Below are positions 49,201 through 62,154 of a stretch of DNA of 64,000 nt, piece after piece. Source of the stretch: Phoronis australis (Eukaryota; Animalia; Phoronida); contig NMRA01000403.1 of NCBI GenBank assembly GCA_002633005.1, forward strand, positions 58,888 to 122,887, read 5' to 3'. The notes under the pieces are model-generated. The model was not told the DNA's origin. It saw only the letters and a list, made by a program, of their open reading frames with translations, and ran no database searches. Position 1 is the first letter of the stretch; every line of letters begins with the position of its first letter. The position numbers and the translations under genes are program-made.

Positions 49201-52200
49201 CAATACTAGACTAACTAGGACATGGTCTAGCAGGCATCGTTATCAATACTGCGTAGACTTAAGTCTGATCCGAACTAACCTGAACATGCTCCAGCATCGT
49301 GTTGAAGTGAATCAGTGACTCTATGTCAATACTAGGATAGGCTTTCGTCTGCACTGGGGTTCCTGGGATGTTGCCTAAAGGCCCTGCAGTAGAATGCTCA
49401 AGGTTAGGTTGAAGGCATGTCTGCAGTAAAATGACTGTTAATGCTAAAACTATAAGCGGACATGCACTGGAATACCAATCATTTTTGCATACATTGAAAG
49501 CAGGCTTGCAAATGCTAGGAATTTTCAAAGGTGTGGACAAGTTATTCATCGAAACTTGGAAGTTTTGATGTAGTATAAATTTATCTTATAAATTCAAAAA
49601 TGCATTTTACCCGAAAGGCAATACATCTAGAAAAAGGACGACATGACTTTTGAGAAAGCTTGTAAAACGACTTTAATATTCAATAACCACATGGCATTGT
49701 CCATGATTTCCTGTACACCATCAGCACAAAGTCTTAATCCCTGTAAGTGATCACTTCCTTGAAGGTATATTGAGCACTGTTTAGTTAATAAGGCAATTAC
49801 CATGGGATGCCCCATTTCACACAATGGTGAGTTTCAAATGTCTTGATTGGATTTTACAGCAAACCATGACAAGTTGTCTTGTTTTCCATGGTTATACAGC
49901 GGTTGGAATGAAGGCACTATTCTTGGTTGAAATCACTCGCTTCTTATTTCATCTTACTTTGAAGTTGGCAATTTTTATCAAAGCAGTTCGCAACAACTTT
50001 AACAGTCAATAATTTCATTAGTTACTCACTGTCAAGTTCTGAGTATTTATGACACTCTGTGACGCACAAATGAGATTCACACAATTCAAGTTTGTGATGC
50101 ACAGAGGAGATAAATCAATCAAAGTGCACCTATTGACCTCCAAAACATCTAAGAGCAATGCTCATGGCCATGGCAATAACTAAATTCATTCAAAGTTTTC
50201 ACAATCCATAATTTCAATCATGATTATAATATGCTGTGCTTTAAAAAAACTAAGGTTTCAGGGTGGTGACACATAATATGGAACTATAACTGTTTACATT
50301 ACAATACAGATGACAGAATGTTTTGTAGACCCAGGTAATGCCTACATAACTGGGGACAAATGAATACCACCCTTGGGTAGCTAGCCATCCCTTGCCTCCT
50401 GACTGACACCTCAGTGCTGTTGAGGCAACATTATTTAGTGTACTCTAAACTTTCATACTTGGCACATCAAAACAGCTAACAGCCATGATGACTGCAGCGA
50501 CACAGTACAACTCACCATGGACTAGCTTAGATTCTACAAGATATTCCCGTGTCTTCAGGTATTTTGGAGTTACCTCCCCATGTTCTGTTAAGAGGGCATC
50601 ATAATCTGCAATGAACAATGAGAGTGTCATTAGAACTTTCAGTTGATAAGATTCTGTTATTTTTTAGGAAAAGTAAGTTTTATTATTAATACCAACATGA
50701 TGACCAATACACAGCAGTCACCTAAGGTCATACGATGACTGAGAAAGATGACACAATGTATAACTAACACATACCACTGGTACAAATAGGGAAACAAGAA
50801 TTGAATCGACCACAAGATCCAAAGGGCAAAATGTTAGCAGTAGTCCTAAAATGGTCAACAGCATCATTTTAGTCATGGTCAACGGGGGTCATCTAACTAC
50901 ATCTCCATTAAAGAGAAAATTAATTGCCTATTAGGTAAATCATGAAAATCACATCAAAGGGACATTCTCCATGAGAAAAGCAGAGAGGAATTGGAACTAG
51001 AATTTCCATTCGCAGTCAAGCACTTTGCACGCAGACCTAAATCTCATTTCATAAATGGTAACATTATTCAACTGGTCTAGTGGATGGCCTCAATTTCAGC
51101 CAATGTCATTACAGTGAAAATTTGGCACTTTGTTAATATGAAAGCACAAAATCATAACTACAGTATTTTGGTAAACAGCTTTGGTCAAACCTGATAACTT
51201 CAAGAACTTGATCACATCCAACCAAAAATGCATTTTTGCCCATAATATTTCTTTAGTATCTCAGCAAATTATTCAACATTGAAAATTCAGGCTTCATTAA
51301 AGAGGAAAGCAAGCGAGTTTTGATGTTACTTTAGACTAAAAATACAAATCTCAGATTACCCTGGAGAGACAATTCTCCATGTCATTAACTGTTCCTTAGG
51401 CATGTACTATTTACTATCAAAGCAACAACAGAAAGTGATATATAAACACCCCAGCAAAAAGCCCACATCCTGATTCTACATCCACTGCCATTGAGTAAAT
51501 ACAATGTTTGACTCGCTATTAAACACAGTCTCTGCCGGTCACTCGTGTTTTCTGAATGGGCGTGAAGGCAGAACTAAAGTGTTGGCCTTTAGCTGGCCAG
51601 GACCATTTACGTCATTTTCTAGTGTAGCACTGATAGTAAGTACATGCCAGGGGGACAGTTACTGACATGATGGAAAATGTTACACTATTAAGAAAACCAG
51701 TGATGACCCCTATTTTTAAATATTAAAGAAACATCAATGTCATTGTGCGATCCCCTTTTAAGAATTTAATTATTACTGGTAGGGGTGATGATGGAACATA
51801 AAGGAATTTTCATTAATAACCGTGGCTTTTTGTTCAACCTTACCATAACTGGTGACATCAGGAGCGTATGGTGGACCGTTTGCACCATTCATGAACCCAA
51901 AGTTTGTGCCACCATGGAACATGTACAGATTGACAGAAGAGCCCTCTTTCAATATGAATTTGAATGTGTCCATGTACTCTGAAAGTTAGACATCATAACA
52001 GGAAGTAAACGTAATAGGAAGTAAATGTAACAGGAAGTAAACATAACAGGAAGTAAACAAACAGGAAGTAAACATAACAAAAAGCAAACACACTTGTCTA
52101 GTGATCTGTCAAATTAGTGACCAAAGAACGGAACTGAGAAGTTATTTGAAGCTACATGCATATCCAATAATTGTTTCCTTTAATCAGGTTATTGTCGCAA

Positions 52201-53807
52201 AAAAATTCACTATCTACACCATTAAGAGACGGGCCTTCAGATTTAAGTCATAAATTTGGTACTGTGCTCCACACAACTATAAGACTTAATGTATTTCAGA
52301 AAAATAATCAATCTCACTGGAGCAAAAATGCAAAGAATCTAAGAAGAAAGTGCAAGTTACCAGACAGTGATACACTCATACCTCTTTCAGCAATTGTGAA
52401 ATGGGAGCATAAGACCACATTTCCACCTTACGTCACTTTTCATGACACAAGCCCTTGGAACCATAGTGCAATATTTTTCATAACGATGCCCAGCCATCTG
52501 GCTCCTTCTACTAGTTACTAATTCCCTTGAAAATTCCATTGTTCTCTCCTGGTTTTTCTAGAGTGCAACTCCATGGCACTGAACCATGACTGAGACAACT
52601 TAAATGTGGTACTGCAGTGTATGTTGAGGAAGCTTTCACCTATAAATCCTCTACGAGTTATTGGTTTGAGTGTGGTGTCAGAGAAGCTATGTGGGTGAAA
52701 ACCCAAAATACCTCACTGAAGAAACAGGCTAATGAGCGCTGTTAGATTTAAGTTGTCCAGTGTCATGGAGAGGTTGCCTAAGAACACCAGAGGGCCAAGC
52801 AACTTTTGCAAGAGTAAGTGAGTCACTAATCCCCAGTAGAATGAGCTATCATAACAAAAGGAGAAATATTACATATTTTTATTGGTGCTTTGCATAATAA
52901 ATTATTAAATAGCACTTGGAAACCACAAACTTCCACACTTCTCCTCCTAATGTGATTATAAGTTTTATCCACAATCACAAATATTCTAATGCATAACATT
53001 TGTGCAAAAACCTTTGGCCTCTGTACCATGTACAAGTTGTCACAGGTTACGCCAAGTGACATTTTGAATAAAAGATATTTTACATGTAAACAACAAACAA
53101 AATCTCTAAAGTTCCAAGAAACCTACTGCCAAGCAACTCACTATTTCGCTCACATGGCCTTCATTCAACATGGCACTGGGCATCACAAATGAATATTATT
53201 GTAAAGGTCTGTGAATGAGTGTGTGACGTGTTTGTGTGTGTGTGTGTGTGTGCGTGCATGTGTGTGTGGACAAGTGATTTATTTGCAGAAATTAATCAAG
53301 CTGAGTCTACTTACTGTCCACTTCGTGAATATGATGTTTCTCTCCCCAGTGGTCGAACCAGCCAGTCCAGAACTCAGTGACCATGAGTGGTTTGCCAGGC
53401 TGTGCCTTACGCAGGGCCTCAAACATTTTGGGAGCATCCTTCTTATCCTGGAAGTTCACCGTCAGTAGAGCTGAAAACCATAGCAACAATAATTCAGATT
53501 TCTGAAAAGGTGATAAAAACTAAAAATAAAATTTTACCTCTCAAACCCTCTATAAACCTGCTTTTTGTCAACCAACTTCTGATTTCGGCCACACACCGCT
53601 ATGAAATTGGTCTNTACCATGTACAAGTTGTCACAGGTTACGCCAAGTGACATTTTGAATAAAAGATGTTTTACATGTAAACAACAAACAAAATCTCTAA
53701 AGTTCCAAGAAACCTACTGCCAAGCAACTCCCTATTTCGCTCACATGGCCTTCATTCAACATGGCACTGGGCATAACAAAAGAATATTATTGTAAAGGTC
53801 TGTGAAT

Positions 53808-53841
<34 letters not shown>

Positions 53842-56800
53842 GCGTGCGTGTGTGTGTGGACAAGTGATTTATTTGCAGAAATTAATCAAGCTGAGTCTAC
53901 TTACTGTCCACTTCGTGAATATGATGTTTCTCTCCCCAGTGGTCAAACCAGCCAGTCCAGAACTCAGTGACCATGAGTGGTTTGCCAGGCTGTGCCTTAC
54001 GCAGGGCCTCAAACATTTTGGGAGCATCCTTCTTATCCTGGAAGTTCACCGTCAGTAGAGCTGAAAACCATAGCAACAATAATTCAGATTTCTGAAAAGG
54101 TGATAAAAACTAAAAATAAAATTTTTACTCTCAAACCCTCTATAAACCTGCTTTTTGTCAACCAACTTCTGATTTCGGCCACACACCGCTATGAAATTGG
54201 TCTCAAATTGCTTAGCCAAAGAGGTAATTTCAGAGCTGGAAAAGAACTTATTGCTTGAGATCACATTTGCTTGTCACCGTCCAACAGTTGTGCCGTGTCA
54301 GTGTGCGCCCTATGTTGCTAGTAGTGTCTGTTCAATTAGGACACTGAAAATCCGTGGATGAGGCAAAAACACTGCACATTGTGCACACACAGTTGTACAC
54401 GTTATTTCAGTCCTCCAACAATCAATGTTCTGAAATTCTTAACCTATAAATTTGACCCATCAATGTCAAAGAAAAGATCGACTTGAGAACTTATTCTCTC
54501 ATATTCAATTCATTCAGTGAACCTTCGCCATAATGGAAGGAATAGACAGTATGTCTACATTTAGCTCTTCAACATTCCAGTAATTCATCAGCCGAGAGAA
54601 TTGTACTCGCCTAATTCCTGATGAGAGCACTTCTATAACTTTGGACACAATTAATTCACGTTCCTCAGAGACTAAATTCTCAAACATAATTCTTCTGACA
54701 AATCTTAGGAAAGACTAATACATCTGTGCCGGCAAAGTAATTTTTTCTTTTAAACAGAGGGCACCAAACAATGTTCTGTAGCCAAAATGTTTTGTACGAG
54801 TGCAAGTCTAAGTGACTGTTCAAATACATGTGTTCATCTAAGTATTTAAGATTCCACCAATCCCTTAGTCAGCTTTGTTCACATCGCTTCTAAATACAGT
54901 CAGATTTTAAGAGCCATCCACACACGGACTTACCCTAGAACAAGTTACTCCTGGAACGAGTTGTTGCTAGGTTTGGAGGCGGTGTGGATGCTATTTAAGC
55001 AACTTATCCCACGTGTGACAACTTGTCCTAGGGTAACGTGCGCCACTTCAAATTCACACGGGTTTTCTTTTGCGTGCCGTACGCACATTAGGTGTTCATT
55101 GTCACAGAGCGACAACTTCCACCTTACCATAGTTATCGGATGTGAGTGTGTGTGCGTGCGTGTGCGTTCCACAAGCGCAAGCTGTTCTGGGGTAGGCTGT
55201 GTGTGGACAGGACTTAAGTCACTCACCACCAGGAGCAGCACCTCTGCCCATTCCTTGATCGTTATCGGATGTGAAGAGCAGCTCAACAATGCCATGTTTC
55301 CTTAAAGACTCGGCAACAAATGACATGTACGTGTGATCTGACCCAAAAGACCCATATTCATTCTCCACTTGAACAGCAATGATAGGACCTCCTCTGGAGT
55401 ACTGCAATTGGAATACCACACTATGAAACAATGCGGGTGCATTCCTTTGCCTTAGCTTTATACTTACCAAATACAAAAAAAATACAGGATTAACAGATTT
55501 GGCAATGGGAGTCATAAATTTATACTGAAGTCAGAGGTCAAAATTAAGTCTTAGTTGATCTCTTGAAAAATATGGCAATATTCTACACAAGAGCCAATTG
55601 GATGTGAAGCATTTTAAAAGCAAGCAAAAACTCAGGGTATTTAAAGCTGCACTTTGACTCTATTTAATTCTTAACCCAAGCGGTTTGGTGTTTGAATCAA
55701 TTACTAACCTCAACCATCTTGAATTGTTGCTGAATGAGCATGTCAAAGCACGTTGTACATGCGCCAATTTCAGGGTTTGCGAACCCCAACCCGATGGTTT
55801 TGACATTTTTCTTGGTAACGGAAAACAAATATAATCCCTAGTAAAGAATATTATGAGACTGCTTTTGAGAGGAATTGGCCTAATTCGGTTTCTGCTTTTT
55901 ATCCAGCTAAACAGGGCCAAAAGCAGCTTCAAGGTAAACGAAAACAAATATACAGAATTCCACAAACACAAAAAGTTGCAGACAGGTTAGCATGCAAACC
56001 AAAGAAAAGCGTACTGCAGCAGCTGGTCAAAACTAGCAGAATAATGTTGTGACTATTTTGATCAGACAGTAACTTTTATGTAAAAGTTTTGACTTCCAAC
56101 AAACAAATCATTTGGGAAACGACAAAGACATTTTCCTCCCACACTGTGCACATTTATCCCTGGAGACCCTAGGGCTTCTTTTTTCTAAGATGCAAAATAC
56201 ACAGATTATTGTTGTATTTATGAAAAGGCACACTGCAGAGATTTTTCATTGCTATATCATGTAATTACAAAACACAAAACATTTGCAATACATTTATAAA
56301 AAGTTAGGTAGGTTTTCAGGGCTTGATCTGTGATCTTCGTAGCCCTATGGAAGTGTTTGGAAATGTTCCCTGGTCAGAGCCCCTAAAATATAAAGAATTC
56401 CAAATGATGGCTCTAATATTGGTGAAATTTTAGTGCACTAATAAAAGTGAACATTACCCCCAACACAACAGGAAGTCAGCCGATGTGGTACCAGTTAAAC
56501 CTGCTGTAAACCCATGCCTTTCATCAAAGAAACTTAACTTTTAATTTAGACCAATGGTTACACTTCATTGCTGCGGCCTATTCTCTGTCTTTACCAAGCT
56601 CTGGGAAATATCTTCATATTACGGTAGGTTTGCAAGGATAACTAGGAAATACTTTACATAACTCAAATAGTTGGCTACTAAGATAAGAGAGGATTTCTGG
56701 ACGTGGTAAGAACTATTCAGTGCTCAAGACATTACTTGGCACACAAACTGACCCGCCGGGACAAGCCAACTTATTGGGCCTGGGCTAAAAATTCTCTATA

Positions 56801-59800
56801 ATCTGAGTAAGAAACAAGTTGAGAATCGCTTTATAATAGTAAGTAATCTAAATCAACGCTAGCTAATTTAAGAATGGCCAGTTCACAGTCACTTTAAGAA
56901 GACGTACTAAAACCCACAAGGTCATTCTAATGAAACCTCTAGTCTACTTTTAAACCAAGAAAATCCACAAGTCACAATTATACTTTATTTTTCACAAGCA
57001 ATCTGGCAACCATGTCTTTTTACTGGCAGCCCGCATACTAGTGGGATCATTAGGGATTATAGACTTGACTAGGCAGTGCATGTGAACTGTTGAATGCAAA
57101 GTGCTATAATTAAGTCTGCATTAGGAAACTTGTTCCCTCATTCGATGATTGAACATAGGGTGAATTTCCACATCAAGCGGGTTTGTTAATACGTCACATG
57201 AGAAGATCAAAAGAGGTCATGTCAGGTAAAAATTAGACTGTTCAGTTAATGGAGAACTGGAAATTCAGCAGGTGTTACATATGCAAAAAGGGACATTACC
57301 GTAGAAAAGCCTGCAATATGCATACAGGTAAAGCAGTTCCTTCCCTTATCACAAGAACACCCCCCACCCCCTTGTTGATATGCTGCTATCTCAATCTATT
57401 GCGATGTCAAAAGGAGGACCTTTATTCATTAGCACCACATAATGAATACCAAGTTGCCCATTCTGTTTTGACAATTTTAAATATGCTAGCCTAAGAGAGA
57501 AAATACAACTGATGCTGGAATTCACCTGCAGATCAGCTACCATGGGTATAAGCTGGGAGAAGAAGTTGTCAACATAGCGTTTGTAGGGACCGTACGTGGA
57601 GCGCAGTCTCATATCAGGGTCATGGAGCAACCAACTGAAACAAACAACACACTCAGCATATCACAGTCTGGAAGTGAATAGGTCAGAGACAGTAAGGTAT
57701 CAAAGTGACACGCAGTAAAGATATAGTAGATTTCCCCAGCAGTCCATACCATGGAAGTTGCAGACCAGTTTTCAAACAAGCCTATCACAATACAGTAAGG
57801 TATAATCTCACCCAATTTTTGACAAAAATAATCACTAAATAGCCACCGACTTTTTCTCTTTTCAAAGGTTTCAAACATTTTGTGAATGTATGCAGTGTTT
57901 CAAAATAATGTCCGGCAGTTGCTATGGTGCACACCTTGAACACGTAGAAGCATTACTGTGTAATTTTAATTCATGGATAACATTCATAAAAAAATCAAAA
58001 AATTTCACTTCTCTGTCTTGTTGTGTCTAAATTAGTGACATTCTACCATATGTTGTATAAGATAAGCATAGGACAATGCCCTCATTCGGCTATAAAAGGC
58101 AAATGTGGAGACCCCGACAAGTCATGATGTGTCAGAGAAGACAATACACAAGAAAAGTGAATATTGTGATTTCATGCATAACACAAACATTCAAACTTTA
58201 AAGCAGTGACACGTACCTTGGCAAGCCCCCCAAGTCCCACTCTGAACAAATGTAAGGTCCTGGACGAAATAGAACATAGAGTCCATGTTTGTGAGCTAGC
58301 TGGATGTATTGTCTGAAACAAGCAGAACAAATAGCATAAAAAAGACATGCAAACAAAACATCAAAATATAAGTTTCATCAAAATCATAAAACTCACACTT
58401 TTGAAAGACGACCATTTCAAAAACTATTCCTAAAAGCATTTTGAAGAACATTGCATAAAGCATAGCATGTGAAAGTTTCATCTGAATACGAACAGCCATT
58501 TCTGAGAACTATACGAATATGAACAACTATCTACATCTCAGTACATAACCGTAAGGCAAACAATGCAAACAATGCATCACTCAAAGCCTCAGATCCAAAC
58601 TGAACATCAACAAGAACAAATGAAACAAGCAGGGGACAATGTCAGAGTTGTACAGTCCATGTTCAATTGTAATTCAAAGACAGAAAAGGTATTAAATGCT
58701 GCTTAACATACCTAACATTTAGTATTCCATGGAAGTTAAATTCACCTTTGACCTCTTCATGAAGATTCCAAGGCACATATCTGAAAATATAAACTTGTAG
58801 GATTAAAAAGGAACAAATTCCTGAGAACAATGGAATACTCAACTCTGGACTACATCACGGCACAAACACTGTTCATTTCACAAGCATTCAAATATTTTGG
58901 TTGAAAATCAAATTTCATCCAACCTTCTGACTATTTTAGGTTGACTTGTGCCCATGTCAATGTGCTACACCAGATAGTCTGTTCCACCTTGCAACAGGCG
59001 GAGATAAGTTACCAAGACAACTCCTCTTGCACACTATTTGTTGCGTATGTGTTAGGAAGCAGATATGAGAGATGATTCCAGGGTCTGAATTAATTCATAA
59101 ATTCAAACTTTTGTCAATGGCTCAGTTCAGGTAACATTATTTCTAAGCTCCGGTGTTACACTGGGGTAACATCCAACCCAGTTTCCTCGTGTGTTAAACT
59201 AACACCAAACTTGAAGTGAGAAAGTGACTCTAAAGGCTGAGGTGTAACACTAAAGTTAGTGTTACACCAGTGTGTAACCCAAGATGTTACTTTGGTGTAC
59301 GGTAACACCAGTGTAATGATACACTCAGCAGACAAAAACCAGCAATTTTTCTTTCTTAAAGTGATAGCCTTCGAAAAGTGTAATGTAAACTGAAATGTGA
59401 TGCTGTGCGTTTCTAATAAATTAGCGCACGAAAGTAGATAATGATCATGAAATTACACATTTACTTAGAATCATAAATCAATGCATATTCTGACTCATTC
59501 AGTATAAGTATAATATGTAGAAAATTATGAGTCATTACTGATTAAACTTACTTGAGATGAAAGGGTTATGTTTCGTCTTCGACAACGTCTGCTGACTTTT
59601 TCAAGCGAAGAGGAGGCTTGAGAACTTCGACTGAATCCACCCTCCTCTTCGTTTCAAAGATGGATTTTCAATTCAGAGGTCACGTGATTTAAAAAGCCAG
59701 CAGATGCTGGCAAAACGTTACCATTTCATCTCAAGTAAGTTCAGTAACGACTCATAATGTTCTGCTTATTAATTAGTATCATGTAAAATTTTTTTAATCA

Positions 59801-62154
59801 AACACCTACCCCTAGGATAAAAAGAAGAGAGGAGTTCAAATTTGGTGCTAGTGCAGTGTTCGTCCAATAGGATTACTAAAGTGTTGTGCAACTCACCATG
59901 TGTAGCACAGTTGAAAATATCAATTGCCCAGCTCAAGACAAATTAACAACTCGTATTAGCCATTTAAGCAGACAAAAGCACAGAACAGATTAATGAACTA
60001 TTTACAAATTAAAATCAAAGTTACGACAGTCTTAACAAAGACCAGACTAACCAGATTCGATAAAACGGACCCCGTTACTTAAGACCACGAACTGTTCTTT
60101 GGTTACCTATTTCTGCAACTAATTTTGCAAGCGCAAGGTTAATTTGAACACGAAACTTAAAACTTTTTACCCTGATATCCGATGCTACACATGGCTTTAA
60201 GTTTCCGAAGTAAAGTCTAAAATAAAGAACAGTATTGTCTAATTACCTCAATCAGGAAATATACCTTGGTGTTATTTCAATGTGATTTTATTGATTTTGC
60301 AAAGGACAAGCAAGTCACTTTCCTATAAATCAATGGACAGTTTACACATGTGGCTAGTCAACACAAGGTATACCTCATATTGATTCGCTCCAGTCATTTA
60401 ACTAAAGGTGATGTGTGATGACCTTTGAAAAATGCAACAGCAGATCGAGTCTTGATTGGTGCCCAGTGTGTGCAGTGTAATTGGAAAAATCCCTTTTTCA
60501 AGCACTTTCACAGTTATTGTAGTGAGATCTATTCAAATATCAATACCAGTAGTGGTCTCCTAATTAGGAACACATCAGACAAATTTCATGAAGAACCAAG
60601 GATGAAATAGCTCCTAGGTAGATACCAAGAGAGACAAAAGGACTTGATTGACTTCACGGGTTCTGGCAGGTGAACTAGCTTGCTAAGAGATCTGATTGGT
60701 TTAAAAGATGGAAATAGGTGCTGGGTAGATACTAAGGGAGACAAAATGACTTGATTGACTTCACCGGTTCTGGCAAGTGAACTAGCTCACTAAGAGATCT
60801 GATTAGTTTAAAAGCTGGAAGTCGTCATCGGGAATCAATCAAATGTCTTATGCAAAGTTCATCAACTGTACTAGTAATAGCGATTGGCAATTTGACACTT
60901 GGGGATGCAGCAGTAGTCAGATTTATCCAAAAATCAACACCTGATGTGCTTTACTCTATAGTTATACATATAATCACGCTAAATCTCATGATGGTTCGTC
61001 GAAGAACATAATTACACGAAACTTTATGAACATACATCAAGGAACTTTTCAGATATTGTGACAGGCACAAAAACAGACAAAAACAGGGTGCCATGATAGC
61101 TGTCAGATCTGTCAGAAAGTCAATGGCAGCTATCTTCGTTTGTCAAATTTCATTAAGAACAAGGAATTTAGTAGACGCAACAAAAACTAAAATTGCCAGG
61201 AGAAGGCATCAGAGTAAATCCGTCCAAAATTCATGTAGACCAAGCTCTCTTCAATAGGAACACATGTGCAAATTTTTCTCACAATTTTTTACGTGGTTTG
61301 GTACAAAACAGCCACAAAAGTAAAAATATAGCCGCTAAAGGGAGAATGAATTTAACCTGTCTGAAACAGGGAAAGTGTCCTCGTCTCCATCAAACACACA
61401 TTTTGCTAAATTTCATGAAGATCTATCAGAGAGTTTCAGAGACAATGAGGCATGCGCAAAGTAAATCTAAACTGCCACTTAAGGGATGCCAAAGAAATTG
61501 GATCAAAATCAATGTCAGCCCTGCCTTGCTCGCTTGAGTAGGGACATCTATATCAAATTTCATGATAATCTATTAAAAAATGTGGTAGATCTATACTGAA
61601 GCAGAGAGGAATAATTGCCACTAGGCAGCACTACAAAAGTCAAATAATGTAGGGGTTATGAAATTTGCACATTCATAAATTATTGAAGTCCCAAGTTTTT
61701 TTACAGTACTTGCAGTGGCACAGAGCTGAGAAATATCGCCAGAGCTGCAGCGACTTAACTTCCCAGAAGTTACACCATAATAGCAAAAGACAACATTTTT
61801 ATTCTCCAAATGAAAAGTTAATGTCAACTGCTATTCCAGACTGGAAGGCATAATAAAAGATATGTTTCTCATATTTCACTGTACTTCATACAGTGTATGT
61901 GACCATATTTTCACTAGTTTTTTTAGTACTAATCCTGGCCGGATATCCATAACGAGACCCAGAGAGCTTAACCAGGTAATGTGTCACTTGGGCAACTACT
62001 TACGTCTCGACAGTGTTGAGACCTAGTGCCTTCAGTTTCATCAGTCTGTCCTCCCAGTACTCCGGCACTATCCTGAAATAGTGCATAGCACCACTCAGGA
62101 TACGTATCTCTTCATTGTTTAACAAGAACTTCTCATTACCAGGCGTCTGCAGAC
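40657..62154 (-). CDS. GLB1L2: Beta-galactosidase-1-like protein (glycoside hydrolase family 35, GLB1L2/GLB1L3 type); 5' end not located
   Basis: 15 phase-consistent GT-AG exons (1808 nt, ~602 codons) in transcription order: 62004-62154, 58712-58780, 58217-58312, 57526-57634, 55227-55401, 53905-54060, 51844-51978, 50516-50605, 49280-49383, 47642-47791, 47146-47229, [45254-45344 or 44186-44276], 42822-43033, 41824-41940, 40657-40725. Motifs: [38 protein letters not shown] (acid/base), [14 protein letters not shown] (nucleophile), [17 protein letters not shown], ENx[21 protein letters not shown]. The symbol is a family-level best guess, not proven orthology. Confidence 0.93.
41130..41400 (-). 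mobile_element. I/R1-like LINE C-terminal CCHC fragment in an intron
   Basis: [44 protein letters not shown]...FLNETG. Confidence 0.65.
41824..41940 (-). CDS. GLB1L2: GH35 gene exon ([39 protein letters not shown])
   Basis: Canonical splice sites, conserved motif. Confidence 0.93.
42822..43033 (-). CDS. GLB1L2: GH35 gene exon ([22 protein letters not shown]...PDTFLDMR)
   Basis: ctttcag| acceptor phase 1; CGG|gtttgt donor. Confidence 0.9.
44186..44276 (-). CDS. GLB1L2: GH35 gene, mutually exclusive exon B ([30 protein letters not shown])
   Basis: caacag| acceptor, G|gtaaca donor, 91 nt, phase 0 to 1. Confidence 0.88.
44616..44741. mobile_element. ~130-140-bp MITE family, copy 3, in the intron between the two alternative exons
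   Basis: gttcagtaacgctaggacctcgctaaaa...ttttagcgaggtcgtagcgctactgaac, ~28-bp TIR. Confidence 0.85.
45254..45344 (-). CDS. GLB1L2: GH35 gene, mutually exclusive exon A ([30 protein letters not shown])
   Basis: ctttcaag| acceptor, G|gtagtg donor, 91 nt, phase 0 to 1. Confidence 0.85.
46254..46318 (+). repeat. (GT)n/(GTGC)n microsatellite
   Basis: Seen directly. Confidence 0.85.
47146..47229 (-). CDS. GLB1L2: GH35 gene exon ([28 protein letters not shown])
   Basis: ttctag| acceptor, GAG|gtgagt donor, phase 0-0. Confidence 0.8.
47642..47791 (-). CDS. GLB1L2: GH35 gene exon ([29 protein letters not shown]...VNDRAV)
   Basis: Canonical sites; PMExLxxNxGxGQxYG motif typical of GLB1L2/3. Confidence 0.92.
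48372..48445. mobile_element. Short MITE with TIR CATGGGCGGTGCA (a partial related copy follows at ~48449-48505)
   Basis: catgggcggtgca...tgcaccgcccatg, internal gggggaagggctatagccccc. Confidence 0.65.
49280..49383 (-). CDS. GLB1L2: GH35 gene exon ([34 protein letters not shown])
   Basis: ctgcag| acceptor phase 1, CAG|gttagt donor; fits the linker after the TIM barrel. Confidence 0.82.
50516..50605 (-). CDS. GLB1L2: GH35 gene exon ([29 protein letters not shown])
   Basis: Canonical sites; DYDA motif. Confidence 0.92.
51844..51978 (-). CDS. GLB1L2: GH35 gene exon ([44 protein letters not shown])
   Basis: Canonical sites; [10 protein letters not shown]. Confidence 0.95.
51995..52090 (+). repeat. 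~14-16-bp tandem repeat (aacaggaagtaaacat), about 6 copies
   Basis: Seen directly, immediately upstream (in transcription sense) of the 51978 acceptor. Confidence 0.8.
53024..54203. repeat. ~590-bp near-identical tandem duplication (53024-53613 and 53615-54203) joined by one N, duplicating the nucleophile exon (53315-53470 and 53905-54060)
   Basis: The copies differ by a few SNPs/indels and microsatellite length; the exon differs only by a synonymous TTC/TTT. Confidence 0.9.
53905..54060 (-). CDS. GLB1L2: GH35 gene exon with catalytic nucleophile (LLTVNFQD...[25 protein letters not shown])
   Basis: ttttcag| acceptor, A|gtaagt donor; second copy at 53315-53470. Confidence 0.92.
54911..55217. 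mobile_element. Harbinger-like MITE, copy 2, ending about 10 bp from an exon donor
   Basis: ccatccacacacggacttaccctagaacaag...gctgttctggggtaggctgtgtgtggacagg inverted ends, flanked by ttaa. Confidence 0.65.
55227..55401 (-). CDS. GLB1L2: GH35 gene exon with acid/base Glu ([18 protein letters not shown]...LLFTSDN...)
   Basis: ttgcag| acceptor, G|gtgagt donor. Confidence 0.95.
57526..57634 (-). CDS. GLB1L2: GH35 gene exon ([36 protein letters not shown])
   Basis: Canonical sites, phase 2 to 0. Confidence 0.93.
58217..58312 (-). CDS. GLB1L2: GH35 gene exon ([31 protein letters not shown])
   Basis: Canonical sites; RPGPYICxEW motif. Confidence 0.95.
58712..58780 (-). CDS. GLB1L2: GH35 gene exon ([22 protein letters not shown])
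   Basis: Canonical sites; YVPWNLHE motif. Confidence 0.95.
59525..59758. mobile_element. MITE with ~45-bp imperfect TIRs and an internal hairpin
   Basis: ttatgagtcattactga..aacttacttgagatgaaa pairs with tttcatctcaagtaagttcagtaacgactcataa; internal cgaagaggagg...cctcctcttcg. Confidence 0.75.
60641..60820 (+). repeat. 107-bp-period tandem duplication within a larger diverged repeat (~60.4-61.65 kb) related to the 31-32 kb family
   Basis: gacttgattgacttcac..gttctggca.gtgaactagct...taagagatctgatt at 60641 and 60748; aattgccactaggcagca at ~61613. Confidence 0.65.
62004..62154 (-). CDS. GLB1L2: GH35 gene, most 5' exon found ([49 protein letters not shown])
   Basis: ttgtag| acceptor, AC|gtaagt donor; GH35 N-terminal motif. 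Confidence 0.95.

Noticed and set aside
55132-55274. 14-nt identity gttatcggatgtga between the MITE interior and the neighbouring exon
   Set aside because: Too short, with no extended similarity; probably chance.
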